A program made the position numbers and the translations under genes. A DNA stretch of 64,000 nucleotides, from assembly GCA_963695535.1 (NCBI GenBank), contig CAVOGT010000010.1, positions 58,738-122,737 of the forward strand. The letters are read 5' to 3'. Under the pieces are notes generated by a model. It was given only the letters and a program-made list of their open reading frames with translations, was not told the origin of the DNA and did no database searches. This stretch comes from an uncultured Chloroflexia bacterium. GTDB taxonomy: Bacteria; Chloroflexota; Anaerolineae; Promineifilales; Promineifilaceae. This document shows, in pieces, positions 19,977 to 33,041 of the stretch (position 1 is its first letter; each line of letters begins with the position of its first letter).

Positions 19977-20772
19977 TTACGCCCCGTCTTCGGGTCGCCA
20001 CCACGGTTGACGCTGTTCCAGAAAGGCGCTCATGCCCTCGCGGCCCTCGTCGCTCGCGCGTCGTTGAGCGATCAGAGCGGTGGTGTAGTCACGCATGGCC
20101 GCCGGCGGCTGAAAGCTAACAGTGCGAATAAGCGCCTTGATCGCCGCCTGTGCTCCCGGCGCGGCCTGCAACAGGGCCGCCACGCGCTCGGCCACGGCAT
20201 CATCCAGGTCGGATGCGGGAACCACATGCTGCACCAAACCCACCGCCCGTGCCGTCATGGCGGTGAAGCGTTCGCCGGTCAGAAACAGTTCGCGCGCTGC
20301 GCCCGGCCCAATCTTGGCCACGCACAAAGGGCGAGATGACGGCCGGCACGATGCCCAGACGGGCTTCGCTGAAAGCAAACGTGGCGTCTTCCTGGGCCAC
20401 CACAATATCGCAGCAGCTCGCCAGTCCGGCCCCGCCGCCGATCACCGCCCCCTGCACCCGGCCAACAACCGGTTTGGGACAGTCGTCCACAGCCAGCATC
20501 AGGTCGAAGATGGCTTCCCCATCAGCACGATTCTGCTCAAAGGTATAGTCGGCCGCGGCGCGCATGAAGCCCAGGTCAGCCCCGGCGCAAAACGATCGGC
20601 CGTTGCCCGTCAGCACAACCACGCGCACGTCATCACTGGCGGATGCCTCGCGGAACAGCCGTGTCAACGTGCCAATCATCTCTGGCGTCAGGGCATTGTG
20701 GCTGGCCGGGCGATTGAGCGTTACCGTCAACACGGCCCCGTCGCGGCTGGTGAGTAGGGTGGCATCACTCAT
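19977..20772 (-). CDS. Enoyl-CoA hydratase/methylglutaconyl-CoA hydratase family (frameshift near 20325)
   Basis: LNRPASHNAL, FCAGADL, GGGAGLASCCD, FSEARLGIVPA; C-half in another frame (ELFLTGERF, EGREGMSAFLE). Confidence 0.87.
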
Positions 20773-20790
20773 GGGTTCCCCTCCTGGGAC

Positions 20791-20844
20791 AAAAAGAAAC
20801 CCTCCCATTGCGCCCGCCCGTGGGCGATGTCAATGGGAGGGTTT
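20791..20844 (-). terminator. Terminator after ftsH
   Basis: AAACCCTCCCATTG...CAATGGGAGGGTTT inverted repeat with U-tract on the minus strand. Confidence 0.75.
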
Positions 20845-20878
20845 GACAGTCAAACTTGTTGGCGCCGCAGGGCGCGGG

Positions 20879-22780
20879 TTACGCTACCTCAACTGGTTCG
20901 CTGACCACAGGCTGGTCGACCACGGTGCCACTTTCCGCCATCACTTCGTTCATCAGTTGCTCGAAGGTGGCCCGATCCAGTGTTTCCACTTCCATCAGCT
21001 TGGTGGCCAGGTTGACCATGCGATCGTGGTTTTCGCGGATAATATCCAGCGAGCGGCTGTAGTTTTCTTCCAGAATACGCTTGACTTCGGCGTCAATCGA
21101 CTGGGCCGCTTCTTCACTATAGTCGCGCCCACTGCTGAAGAACCCCATCTCCCGGCCGACGAACGGGCTGCCGGCGCCGCCACCATAGGTGGGCAGACCC
21201 AGCTTGTCCGACATGCCATACTCCATGACCATGGCCCGCGCCAGACGGGTCGCCTGCTGCAGGTCGTTCGATGCGCCGGTGGTGATGCGGCCGAAGAAGA
21301 TATCCTCGGCAGCACGCCCGGCCAGAGCCATCGAAATCTGGTCCTCAAAGAACTCACGGCTGTGCACCGCCCGATCCTCGGGCAAGGACATAACGAAGCC
21401 CCCCGCCCGGCCACGCGGCACGATGGTGATCTTCTGGATAGGATCCGTCTGCGGCAGGAAGAAGCTGACCACAGCATGGCCCGCCTCATGATAGGCCACG
21501 GTCAGCTTGTCCTCTTCGCTCATGACGCGGCTCTGTCGTTCCGGGCCCATGACCACGCGGTCAAAGGCGTCCTGGAATTCCGGCAGGCCAATCACGCGCT
21601 TGCTGCGACGGGCGGCGAAGATGGCCGCCTCGTTGATCAGGTTCTCAATGTCCGCGCCGGAGAACCCGGCCGTCAGACGGGAAATGTCCTTAAAGCTGAC
21701 GTCGCTGGCAATCGGCTTACCGCGGGCATGGACCGCCATGATCTTCTCGCGGCCGGCCACATCCGGTAGGTCCACAAAGACCTTGCGGTCAAAACGGCCG
21801 GGACGCAACAGCGCCGGGTCCAGAATATCCGCCCGGTTCGTGGCGGCAATAACGATGACATTGGTCTCGTTGTCGAATCCGTCCATCTCCACCAGGATTT
21901 GGTTCAGGGTTTGTTCACGCTCGTCATGACCGCCGCCCATCCCGGCGCCACGCTGACGGCCGACGGCGTCAATCTCGTCCACGAACACGATAGACGGGGC
22001 TGCTTGCTTGGCCTTGTCGAACAGGTCGCGCACACGGCTGGCGCCGACACCAACGAACATCTCCACGAATTCGGAACCGGAGATATGGAAGAAAGGCACA
22101 CCGGCTTCACCGGCCACAGCGCGGGCCAGAAGCGTCTTGCCTGTGCCGGGAGGGCCAACCATGAGCACACCCTTGGGGATGCGCGCGCCAACCTGGACGA
22201 ACTTCTCCGGTTCGCGCAGGAATTGGACGACCTCCACAAGCTCCATCTTGGCCTCCTCCACGCCGGCCACATCGTCAAACGTGACGGTGGGTCGGTTGGC
22301 GTCGGTCAGGTTCTTGGCCTTGCTGCGGCCGAAGCCGAAGATATTGTTGCCGCCGCCGCCCTGCATCTGCCGGAAGCCGCGGGTGAAGAGCCATATCAAT
22401 AACAGCAACGGTCCCAACGTGATGACGATGGTAAACAGGTTATTCCAGGTCGATTGGTCCCGGACAACCAGGATTTCAGACAGATCCTCGGCCGTCAGAC
22501 CATAGTACTGGAATGTCTCGATGAGACCGTCCGACGGAGACTTGGTTGCCCCGAATGTCTGGCCGTCTTCCAGGGTGATCTGAAGCCGGTCGCCGGACGC
22601 AGTCAGCTGCTGGACTTGTCCGTCCTGAATGTAGGTGGCCATCTCTTGCAGCGAAATCTGCTCCGGGCCACTGAATCGGCCGCTCAACCACAACTGCAAG
22701 CCCAGGATCACGGCAAAAATAGTCAGTATCCAGACCCAGGTAGGGATTGACGGACGATTGTTTTCTGGTTGCTCATCCAT
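20879..22780 (-). CDS. ftsH: ATP-dependent zinc metalloprotease FtsH
   Basis: Two TMs; GPPGTGKT; DEIDAVGR; LLRPGRFDR; HEAGH. Confidence 0.98.
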   Translation of the reverse strand: MDEQPENNRPSIPTWVWILTIFAVILGLQLWLSGRFSGPEQISLQEMATYIQDGQVQQLTASGDRLQITLEDGQTFGATKSPSDGLIETFQYYGLTAEDLSEILVVRDQSTWNNLFTIVITLGPLLLLIWLFTRGFRQMQGGGGNNIFGFGRSKAKNLTDANRPTVTFDDVAGVEEAKMELVEVVQFLREPEKFVQVGARIPKGVLMVGPPGTGKTLLARAVAGEAGVPFFHISGSEFVEMFVGVGASRVRDLFDKAKQAAPSIVFVDEIDAVGRQRGAGMGGGHDEREQTLNQILVEMDGFDNETNVIVIAATNRADILDPALLRPGRFDRKVFVDLPDVAGREKIMAVHARGKPIASDVSFKDISRLTAGFSGADIENLINEAAIFAARRSKRVIGLPEFQDAFDRVVMGPERQSRVMSEEDKLTVAYHEAGHAVVSFFLPQTDPIQKITIVPRGRAGGFVMSLPEDRAVHSREFFEDQISMALAGRAAEDIFFGRITTGASNDLQQATRLARAMVMEYGMSDKLGLPTYGGGAGSPFVGREMGFFSSGRDYSEEAAQSIDAEVKRILEENYSRSLDIIRENHDRMVNLATKLMEVETLDRATFEQLMNEVMAESGTVVDQPVVSEPVEVA

Positions 22781-23210
22781 AATGCGTAACTCCCAACAGA
22801 CATAGAACGGTTGCCTGTCGCCACAACCTATCGATTGGCATCTTGTTCCATGGGATGGAAACTGCTTCGAGAGGATTCGAAATACTTAGTTGATTAATCA
22901 CATTGCTACTTGCAGTCGAGACACACTATTCGCAAGCCTCGATCTGCTTGACGATTAGCTTAGCAAAATTGTATTTGATAAGCATAAGTCTTTCCTTACC
23001 TGTTAATTAAGAGACAGGAACCGGGGCTGAACAGTTGGTTGATGTCAACTGCCACGCCAAACCTCTCGTCTACCGTCGCAATACGTTCAAAATTGGGTCT
23101 CGTGCATTGCACAACGATGCGGCATCGGCCGCGTACCATGTATTGTACTTTCCCGGTCCCATGCTTTCAACCATTGCGCCGATCTTCGTCTCCAAGGCCC
23201 AGTCGAGCAA

Positions 23211-23243
23211 TTCACATATGTGAAACTCTTGCACGGATGTGAC
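23211..23243. promoter_or_regulatory. Putative operator pair upstream of the SorC-family regulator
   Basis: Perfect palindrome TTCACATATGTGAA (23211-23224) followed by the related TGCACGGATGTGAC (23230-23243). Confidence 0.55.
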
Positions 23244-23309
23244 GCAAGCTGCCTATCCTGTGTTATAGTTATTATATCAATCTTTCGCTGGATCGATGTC
23301 TATCCACCC

Positions 23310-24281
23310 ATGACCGCTTACGATCGTCTGGAACTACTGGCCACCGTGGCCGACCTCTATTACATTCGGCAGATTAGCCAGGCCGAGATCGCCCACCGCC
23401 TGGGCTACTCGCGCTCGGCCATCTCGCGCCTGCTGACCGAAGCCCACGAGAAGCAGATCGTCGAAGTGCGCATCCACCACCCATTGCAGCGGGATGTAGA
23501 TCTGGAAATGGCTCTGCGCGAAACGTTTGGCCTGCGTGATGCGCTTGTGGCCCAGCGCGGCAACCTGGACTACGCCCAGATGCTGACGCTTCTGGGCCGG
23601 CTGGGTGCTGCCCATCTAGATGACGTATGGCAGGAGCCGTGCGTGGTCGGCTTGTCGTGGGGCACGGGCGTCTATGAAGTGGCCAACGCGCTGCGACCGC
23701 GTCGCCTGCCGGGGTCTGATGTGGTCCAGATGATCGGTGGCATCGGCCGCGGCGATCCGCAGATCGACGGCCCCGGGGTGGCGATGCGCGTGGCCCAAAC
23801 CGTGGGCGGCCGTTATCACACCCTCAATGCCCCCCACGTGGCGACCGACCGAGCCATGCGCGATGCCTTGCTGGCCATGCCCGCTATCCAGGACACGTTG
23901 CAACTGGCGTTGCGGGCTTCACTGGCCGTGGTGGGCATCGGCAGTCTGGAGCCGGAGCGATCCAGTCTGGTGCGCGCGGGCTATCTTACGCCGACGGAAC
24001 TGGCCGCCATCCGCGCCACGGGTGCCGAAGGCGACATTTGCGGTACCCACTATGACGCCAACGGCCGCATTCTCGACATCGACATCAACCGGCGCGTGAT
24101 CGGCATTGATCTGCGCCGCCTGCTACAAACCGATTGCCAGGTCATCGGTGTGGCCGGGGGACAGGTCAAAGCGCCCGCCATCATCGGCGCCCTGCGTGGT
24201 GGGCTCGTGACCATGTTAGTCACCGACAGCAGCGCCGCCGAACAGATTCTGGCCACCCACCGCTCCCAGTCCCTCAGGTAA
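23310..24281 (+). CDS. SorC/DeoR-family sugar-phosphate-binding transcriptional regulator
   Basis: [21 protein letters not shown]; [22 protein letters not shown]. Confidence 0.92.
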   Translation: MTAYDRLELLATVADLYYIRQISQAEIAHRLGYSRSAISRLLTEAHEKQIVEVRIHHPLQRDVDLEMALRETFGLRDALVAQRGNLDYAQMLTLLGRLGAAHLDDVWQEPCVVGLSWGTGVYEVANALRPRRLPGSDVVQMIGGIGRGDPQIDGPGVAMRVAQTVGGRYHTLNAPHVATDRAMRDALLAMPAIQDTLQLALRASLAVVGIGSLEPERSSLVRAGYLTPTELAAIRATGAEGDICGTHYDANGRILDIDINRRVIGIDLRRLLQTDCQVIGVAGGQVKAPAIIGALRGGLVTMLVTDSSAAEQILATHRSQSLR

Positions 24282-24303
24282 TTATCGCAAGGAGATACCC
24301 TGC

Positions 24304-25278
24304 ATGACAGACTCATCCCCGATCCTCCTGGCGACACTCGGCGCGGAACAAACGCGCGAGATGTTGCTACGGATGATGGTCATACGCGCCTTTGAAGAAA
24401 AGGCCCTGGAACTGTACTCGCTGGGCAAGGTTCACGGAACCATGCACCTCTCGATCGGCCAGGAGGCCAGCGCCATCGGCGCGGGCACCGCCATGTCTGA
24501 AGACGACTACCTGCTCAATACCCACCGCGGCCACGGCCATATGGTCGCCTGGGGCGGCGATGTCAACCGCATGATGGCCGAATTCCTGGGGCGCGAGGCA
24601 GGTTACTGCCGCGGTCGCGGCGGGTCCATGCACATCGCCGACATCGAAGCCAACAACCTGGGCGCCAACGGCATCGTTGGCGGTGGGCTGCCCATCTCCG
24701 TCGGCGTCGGCCTGAGCATCAAGCAGCGCGGCACCGACCAGGTAGCCTTGACCATCTTCGGTGACGGCGCGGCCAACGAGGGCGCCTTCCACGAGGCACT
24801 CAATATGGCCAGCATCTGGTCGCTGCCCATCATTTACTTATGCGAAAACAATCAGTACGCCATGTCGATGGCCACCAGCCGCGCCTTCAATATTGAGCAG
24901 ATTAGTCAGCGGGCCTGTGCCTATGGCATCACCGGCGTCACGGTCGACGGCAATGATGTGTTGGCCGTCTACGAGGCCGTGGCTGAAGCGCGACAGCGTG
25001 CCGGCGACGGCAATGGCCCCACCCTCATTGAGGCAATGACCTATCGCTGGAAGGGCCACTCCAAGAGCGACCGCGAGGCCTATCGCACCCGCGAGGAGGT
25101 GAAGGAGTGGCAACAGCGCGATCCGATTCCGCGCTTGGCCGCTGTGCTGGGGCTGGATGATACGGCCGTGGAAACCTTGCGCGCCGAAGCGCAGGCGCAG
25201 ATCGAAGCGGCCGTGGCCTTTGCCGAAGCCAGCCCTGAACCGGAGTTGAGCACTATTATGGAGGGGGTCTATGCGTGA
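24304..25278 (+). CDS. TPP-dependent dehydrogenase E1 alpha (AcoA/PdhA-like)
   Basis: [26 protein letters not shown]...ENNQY TPP motif. Confidence 0.92.
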   Translation: MTDSSPILLATLGAEQTREMLLRMMVIRAFEEKALELYSLGKVHGTMHLSIGQEASAIGAGTAMSEDDYLLNTHRGHGHMVAWGGDVNRMMAEFLGREAGYCRGRGGSMHIADIEANNLGANGIVGGGLPISVGVGLSIKQRGTDQVALTIFGDGAANEGAFHEALNMASIWSLPIIYLCENNQYAMSMATSRAFNIEQISQRACAYGITGVTVDGNDVLAVYEAVAEARQRAGDGNGPTLIEAMTYRWKGHSKSDREAYRTREEVKEWQQRDPIPRLAAVLGLDDTAVETLRAEAQAQIEAAVAFAEASPEPELSTIMEGVYA

Positions 25279-26259
25279 GTTAACCTACGCCGAAGCATTG
25301 CGCGAGGGCTTGCGCCAGAAGATGGCCGAAGACGACCGCGTGTTTCTGATTGGTGAGGACATCGGCGTCTATGGCGGCGCGTTTGCCGTCAGTGCCGGGC
25401 TGGTAGAAGAGTTCGGTGAGTCGCGTGTGATCGACACGCCCATCTCCGAGGCAGGCATCACCGGCGCCTGCGTCGGCGCGGCCATCACCGGCATGCGGCC
25501 GGTGGGCGAGATCCAGTTTATGGATTTCGTGACCCTGAGTATGGAGCAGCTGGTGCTACAGGCGGCCAAGATCCGCTTCATGTTCGGCGGCAAGGCCACG
25601 GTGCCGATGGTGCTGCGCATGCCCGGCGGGGCTGGCACCGGCGCGGCGGCCCAGCATTCCGAGAGCCTGGAAAACTGGTTTGTCCATGTACCCGGCCTGA
25701 AGGTGGTCATGCCCAGTTCACCTTATGATGCCAAGGGACTGCTCATTGCCGCCATTGAGGACGACAACCCGGTCATCTTCGTGGAGCACAAGCTGCTCTA
25801 TCGCACCAAGGGCCACGTGCCGGAAGAGATGTATCGCGTGCCGCTGAGCCAGTCGGCCGTGGTGCGCGAGGGTCGCGATCTGACCGTCGTGGCCACCTCG
25901 CTGATGGTCCAGCGCGCGCTGGAGGCAGCCGACAACGCTATCGACCGAAGGCATTGAGATCGAGATTATCGACCCGCGCACGCTCAACCCGCTGGACGAT
26001 CGCGCCCATCGTCGAGTCGGTCAGCAAGACGGGCAAAGCGCTGGTGGTGCATGAGGCGGTCAAGACTGGCGGCTTCGGCGGCGAGCTGGTGGCGCGCATC
26101 ATGGAAAGCGAGGCATTCGACTACCTGGACGCGCCGGTACGCCGTCTGGCCGGGCTGGAGATCCCCATTCCCTACAACCGCAATCTGGAACACCACACGG
26201 TCCCGCAGGTGGATTCGATTGTCACCGAAGTGCGCCGACTGGTGGGCGGGGAGTATTAG
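25271..26259 (+). CDS. E1 beta subunit (AcoB/PdhB-like; frameshifted near 25940-25995)
   Basis: GEDIG, DTPISE, EIQFMDF, QHSES; C-part [20 protein letters not shown]. Confidence 0.9.
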
Positions 26260-26316
26260 GGCATACCGATTGACACCTCAGAGGTCTGCCAGACCTCCAG
26301 GGGTTCCGAGAACACC

Positions 26317-27660
26317 ATGGCCAAAGAAGTCATCATGCCCAAGTTTGGGTTTACGCAGGAAGAGTCGCAGGTCGTCGAGTGGCTGGTGAAAGACGGGGAC
26401 ACCGTGGAGGCGGGCGATCCGCTGCTGGAAGTCACGACCGACAAAGTCAACATGGAAGTCGAGTCCCCGGCCACGGGCATCGTGGGCGGCATTCGCGTTG
26501 CGGCCGGCGACACCGTACCCGTGACCGAGATCATCGCCTACATTCTGGCTCCCGGCGAAGCTGCTGCCCGCGTCGCCCCAGCCTACTGCAATAGCGGCCC
26601 AGCCCGCGACACCGGCACCGCCCCCCGCAGCCCATCACCAGGCTACCACGCCGTGGCCGCACGCATGGCCGCTGAGACGGGCATCGATCTGGACGCTGTG
26701 CCCGGCAGCGGCCGTGGTGGACGCGTCACGCGCAACGACTCGCCGGTTACCTGTCCACAGCCGCGGCCCACGCCGGAAGCCGCCGGCAACGGCAAAGTCG
26801 CGGGCCACCCCCGCCGCCCGTCGCCTGGCTCGCGAGCAAGGCATCGAACTCAACGCCATCTCCGGCAGTGGTCCCGCATCAGCGGGTCCAGGCTGCCGAC
26901 GTGATGGCCGCTGCCGCGTCCGCAAGTGTCGACAGCCTGCAGCCACAGCGCAGCATCCCCGCTGGACGCCACCCGCATCCCACTCAGCACGATGCGCCGC
27001 ACCATCGCCCGCACCATGCAGCGCAGCATGCAGGACGCGCCGCACATCACGTTTCAGGCTGATATCGACATGACGGCCGTTGAGCGCCTGGTGGCCACGG
27101 CCAATGAGAACCGGCCGAAGCCGAGCGAAAAGGTCTCGCTGACGGCCGTCATTACCAAAGCCGTGGCCTGGGCTTTGACGCGCAATCCGCTGCTGAACAG
27201 CACGTTGGACGATGACGCAGATCGTGCTGCTGCCGGAGGTCAACATCGGCATGGCCGTGGCTCTCGACGACGGGCTGCTGGTGCCGGTCATCCACGACCG
27301 CCGACCGCACAAGGGCATTGGCCGACTCTCGGCCGAGATCCGCGACCTGAGCCGGCGCGCCCGCGAGGGCAAGCTGCGTCCGGATGAGCTAAACGGCGGC
27401 GACGTTTACCATCTCCAACCTGGGTATGTTCGGCATCGACCGCTTCACGGCCATCATCAACCCGCCGGAAGTGGGCATCCTGGCCGTCGGCCGAACCAGC
27501 CGTCAGATTGTGCCCGACGCGCAGGACGAGCCTGTCGTGCGGCCGATCTGCACCATGACGCTGTCGGTCGACCATCGCGTCAGTCGACGGCGCGGTGGCG
27601 GCACGGTTCATGGCCGACCTGCGCCGGGCGCTCGAATCGCCGGACGTCATGCTGCTATAA
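26317..27660 (+). CDS. Dihydrolipoamide acyltransferase E2 (AcoC-like; multiple frameshifts)
   Basis: Lipoyl TDKV; two E3-binding-like segments (GSGRGGRVT; ATPAARRLA); INPPEVGIL and SVDHR catalytic region. Confidence 0.87.
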
Positions 27661-27696
27661 GGCGCCTGGCGGCGATCCCGGCTACAATACGCCGCT

Positions 27697-28525
27697 ATGA
27701 GCTGATCTCGATCTGCACCATATTCTGACCGTCAGCGTTGCCGCGGCCCGCGAGGCCGGGGCGCTGCTCATGGACGGCTTCGGCCGAACCAAGACCATCG
27801 ACAGCAAGAGTTCGGCCGTCGACTGGGTGACCCAATACGACACCGCGGCCGAGGCACTGCTGGCCAATCGCGACTGCGCGCCGCCTTTCCCGACCACAAC
27901 TTCGTCGGTGAAGAAGGGCTGGCGGCCACAGGGCATCGCTGCCCTACACCTGGTACATCGACCCACTGGACGGCACGACCAACTTCGCCCACGGCTTCCC
28001 CGTCTTCTGCGTCTCGCTCGGTCTGTGGGAGGGCGATCGGCCGCTGCTGGGCGTCATCTACAACCCGGTGCTGGACGAATGCTTCACCGCCATAGCCGGC
28101 GAGGGCGCCGAACGTGACCACCGCCGACGGGCACACAGCCGCTGCACGTCACGACCGAAACGGAGATGATCCGCAGCCTGCTGGGCACCGGCTATCCTTA
28201 TGACGTGCACACCAGCCCGGCATGACAACCTCAACTACACCGCGCACGTTTGCCAAGAAAGCCCAGGGCTTGCGGCGGGCCGGTTCGGCCGCGCTTGGAT
28301 GTGGTCTATGTGGCCGCCGGTCGACTCGATGGCTACTGGGAACAGAAGGTCTACGTGTGGGATGTGGCCGCAGCCATCGTCATCCTGCTGGAGGCGGGCG
28401 GACAGGTCACGCAATTTGACGGCCGCCCGCTGACCCTGAGCCGACAGTTCAATATCCTCACCAGCAACGGCCACATCCACCAGCAGATGCTGGACATCAT
28501 CGCCGCCACACCGCCCGTCACTTGA
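27697..28525 (+). CDS. Inositol monophosphatase family protein (frameshifted)
   Basis: DWVTQYD; [13 protein letters not shown] read across frames; [16 protein letters not shown]. Confidence 0.85.
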
Positions 28526-28550
28526 GAAAAGCAGCCATCTGACGTACTAT
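28522..28550 (+). promoter_or_regulatory. Sigma70 promoter of leaderless dhaR
   Basis: TTGAGA-17 nt-TACTAT, 6 nt before ATG 28557; no RBS. Confidence 0.6.
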
Positions 28551-28556
28551 CAAGCC

Positions 28557-30556
28557 ATGCAGCCGGTAAGCTTTGATCCCACGCCGGAGACTGTCGCTGC
28601 CCTCTGGCAGGCGTTCATGCAGACGGGCACGCTGGCGCCGGAACAGGCGGCCCGGCTCGATCCGGCTGTGCTCCAATCGTGGCGACGCTGCATCTCCCGC
28701 TTCAACCCCCAGATCGCGCCCCCGCATGGCCGCCATCAGCCCCCAGGCGTTCAGCTTCCATCCTGCGCGCCCAGCAGGAGTTGATCACCGTGGCCACGCC
28801 GTTCATGGAAGATATCCACCAGTTCACTGAAGGTTCCGGCTATGCTGTGGTGCTGACCGACGGCGCCGTCTGCGTCCTCGTCGTGAGCGGCGATCCGCGT
28901 GGCCGTGGAGGCGGTCACAACGATGGGTCTGCAACAGGGCACCTACTGGTCGGAGGACAATGTGGGCACGAATGCGCTGGGCATGGTGCTGAATCAGGCC
29001 ATGCCGGTCCAGGTCGTCGGGGCCGAGCATTACTTCAGCCTGTTTCATAACTGGGTATCGGCCGCCGCGCCCATCCATGACGTACGCGGCCGGGTGATTG
29101 GCGTACTGGGCATGGTCGGGCCGCTGACGCGCGCCAGCACCCATACGCTGGGATTGGTTATGTCCGGCGCACGGGCCATCACCAACCAACTGCAGGCCAA
29201 CTGGCATCTGGAAGAAAGCAACCGCCGGCTCAGCGAAATGAACACGGTGCTGGGGGCCATTGACGAAGGGCGTCATCGTCTGGAATGAGCACGGTGAAGT
29301 CCTGCACGTCAACCAGCAGGCAGGCGAGATTCTGCACATCAACCCGCGCACGGTCGTGGGTCGGCCCTTGCTCGACGTCGTCGCCTTCCCGGCCGATCTG
29401 GTGGAGGTCATTGAGAATGGCGGCGAACTCCACGGCGTGGAGATCGTTCTGCAGGTGCGTCGCCAGCCGACACGCTGTCTGGTGACATTGCAGCCGGTGC
29501 AGGAATCGACCGCCCGGCCGGTCAGCTATGTGGCTCTGCTCAACCCGATTGAGCATGTCCGCCGCATTGCCCAGAGCCAGTTCGGCACGCAGACCAGCCT
29601 GACCGTCGATGATGTACAGGCCGAATCGGCCCCCATGCGCCAGGTGATTCGCCAGGCGCGGGTGGCCGCCCGCGGCACGGCGCCGGTGCTCATCCGCGGC
29701 GAAGGCGGCGTCGGCAAGAATCTGTTGGCGCGAGCCATTCACAACGAAGGGGAGCGGGCCGATCAACCCGTTTGTGGACATCAACTGCCGGGCCATTCCC
29801 CACGAGCTAATGGCGCGTGAGATGCTGGGGCAGGAGAAGGACGCCACCACCCACGGCCAGCCCAGCAAGTTTGAGCTGGCCGATCAGGGCACGCTGTTGC
29901 TGGACCAGGTGGAGAGCCTGTCGCTCGAGTTGCAGGCCGCCCTGCTTCATATTATTGAAACGCGCCATGTCATGCGGCTGGGCAGCTCCCACCCTATCCC
30001 GGTGGACGTGCGTATCATTGCCGCGACAACGGCCGATCTGGAGGCACTGGTGGCCCAGGGCAGCGTCTTGCCCCACCTCTATTACCGCTTTGGCGTCTTT
30101 CACCTGGAACTACCGCCTCTGCGCGACCGTGTGGAGGACATCCCGCCGCTGGCCGAACGGTTCCTGCACGCCTGCATGCGCACCCGCGACAACCAGCGCC
30201 AATGGACCATCAATCCGGAGGCCATGGACATCCTGCTCCGTTACCCGTGGCCGGGCAACGTGCGCGAGCTGGAGAGCGTGCTGGAACGCGCCATGAGCCA
30301 AAGCCGCGAGGGCGAGATCGTTTGCCCGGCCGACCTGCCGGACATGGTGCGCAAGGGCCGGGTCATCATGCCCGCCTCCAACCATGCCCAGCCGGTCATG
30401 TCGGTTACCGATGCCGAACGTGAGGCGATCTTGCGCGCCGGGTGGGCCTGCGACGGCCGCGTCACTGAGATGGCAACCATGCTCGGCATCGGCCGATCGA
30501 CGCTCTGGCGCAAGCTAAAGCGGCACAATCTAACCCCGGCCATCTTCAAGGCCTGA
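28557..30556 (+). CDS. dhaR: DhaR-like GAF-PAS-AAA+-Fis transcriptional activator (frameshifted)
   Basis: SWRRC; GTNALG GAF domain; PAS; GEGGVGK; SKFELADQGTL; WPGNVREL; LGIGRSTLWRK; no GAFTGA; adjacent to dhaKL. Confidence 0.8.
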
Positions 30557-30624
30557 ATCGTCCACCGCTCGCCCCACTGTCCGCCGACCGCAATCGAGTT
30601 GACCGACAGTATTACACGACCATT

Positions 30625-30673
30625 TGTTTCACAATGAAACATAATTGGTGAAATGATGTTTCATATCGAAACG
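30625..30673. promoter_or_regulatory. Tandem TGT-N11-ACA activator sites upstream of glpF
   Basis: TGTTTCACAATGAAACA (30625-30641) and TGTTTCATATCGAAACG (30657-30673), 32 bp apart. Confidence 0.7.
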
Positions 30674-31051
30674 TTATTGACTAACTCGGTTGATCTCTCG
30701 GACGCTATCGCATATCATATCCCTTGTGTGTTTTGCACAAACGCGGTTGCGATATGCTGTCGGGAGTGCCCAAGACAGCATCGGGAATGGTTGCTCAGGA
30801 TCTTACCAGCAAGCTCTCATACGTCCGTGGTTCACCGGTCCTTCCCCGGACCGTTCGTTCTTATTTGTCACCCAAGATAGGACCATTCACAACTGGCTTG
30901 CTATTAAGAATGAGGAGGTTGGCTATCGAGAGAAGGACAAGTCCGACGAAGAAATCCAAGAAGCGCGACTTCGCGCAGAAACGTATTGCCGCAAGAGTTT
31001 ACCTGTTCCGTTTCTGCAGTATCAAGCAAAGCTTGACTCAAGGAGAGAAAC

Positions 31052-31777
31052 ATGGAAGCTTATATTGGTGAAGTCATCGGCACGATGATCCTGATTATTC
31101 TTGGTGACGGTGTCGTCGCCAACGTCGTTCTGTCCAAGACCAAAGGCAACAGCTCTGGCTGGATCGTGATAACCACGGGCTGGGCCTTGGCTGTGTTCGT
31201 GGCCGTGTTTGTTGTCGGCGCCATCAGCGGCGCCCACATGAACCCGGCGGTCACCATTGGTTTGGCCGTTGCCGGCAACTTCCCCTGGGCCGATGTGCCC
31301 GGCTACATTATCGCCCAATTGATCGGTGCCTTCATCGGTGCCATCATTGTCTGGCTGGCCTACTTCCAGCACTTTGGCGAAACAGCCGATCCCGGCGGCA
31401 AGCTGGCTGTCTTCTCGACCGGTCCGGCCATCCGCAACACGGTCTGGAACCTGATTACCGAGATCATCGGCACGTTCATGCTGATGTTCGGTGTGTTGAA
31501 TATCCGAGGCGCCGTCATGGGCACGGACGCCATTGACCTCGGTGCACTGGGCGCTATCCCGGTTGCCTTCCTGGTGTGGGGCATTGGCCTCTCGTTGGGT
31601 GGCCCGACCGGCTACGCCATCAACCCGGCCCGCGACCTCGGTCCGCGTATTGCCCACGCCATCCTGCCCATCCCCGGCAAGGGCAGTTCCGACTGGGGCT
31701 ACTCCTGGATTCCGGTCGTTGGCCCGATCGTCGGCGCCGTCATCGCCGCGTTGCTGTGCGGTGCGTTGGGCTGGTAG
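31052..31777 (+). CDS. glpF: Glycerol uptake facilitator (MIP/aquaglyceroporin)
   Basis: SGAHMNPAVT; GGPTGYAINPARDLGPR. Confidence 0.95.
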   Translation: MEAYIGEVIGTMILIILGDGVVANVVLSKTKGNSSGWIVITTGWALAVFVAVFVVGAISGAHMNPAVTIGLAVAGNFPWADVPGYIIAQLIGAFIGAIIVWLAYFQHFGETADPGGKLAVFSTGPAIRNTVWNLITEIIGTFMLMFGVLNIRGAVMGTDAIDLGALGAIPVAFLVWGIGLSLGGPTGYAINPARDLGPRIAHAILPIPGKGSSDWGYSWIPVVGPIVGAVIAALLCGALGW

Positions 31778-31873
31778 TTCATTCAATCTGAGCTCAAACC
31801 ATTCTGTTGGTTCCCCGTCTGCCGGCCAACGGCAGACGAGGAACCTGCGACCGAAGACCAAGAGGAGCTATCG

Positions 31874-32950
<1,077 letters not shown>

Positions 32951-33041
32951 GGGATCAGTACGGCGATTAGCAGCGACTCGGCGGCCACGCAAGCAGCGCT
33001 CTCGATACCGCTGCGTAACTAGGCAACAGGGCCTGGCAACT

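Noticed and set aside
22960-23225. Short ORFs in the ftsH-regulator intergenic region
   Set aside because: No RBS or recognisable motifs and atypical composition; not supportable as genes.
30724-30740. Rex operator before glpF
   Set aside because: The TTGTG..CACAA arms are separated by 7 rather than 8 nt and the core is a poor match.
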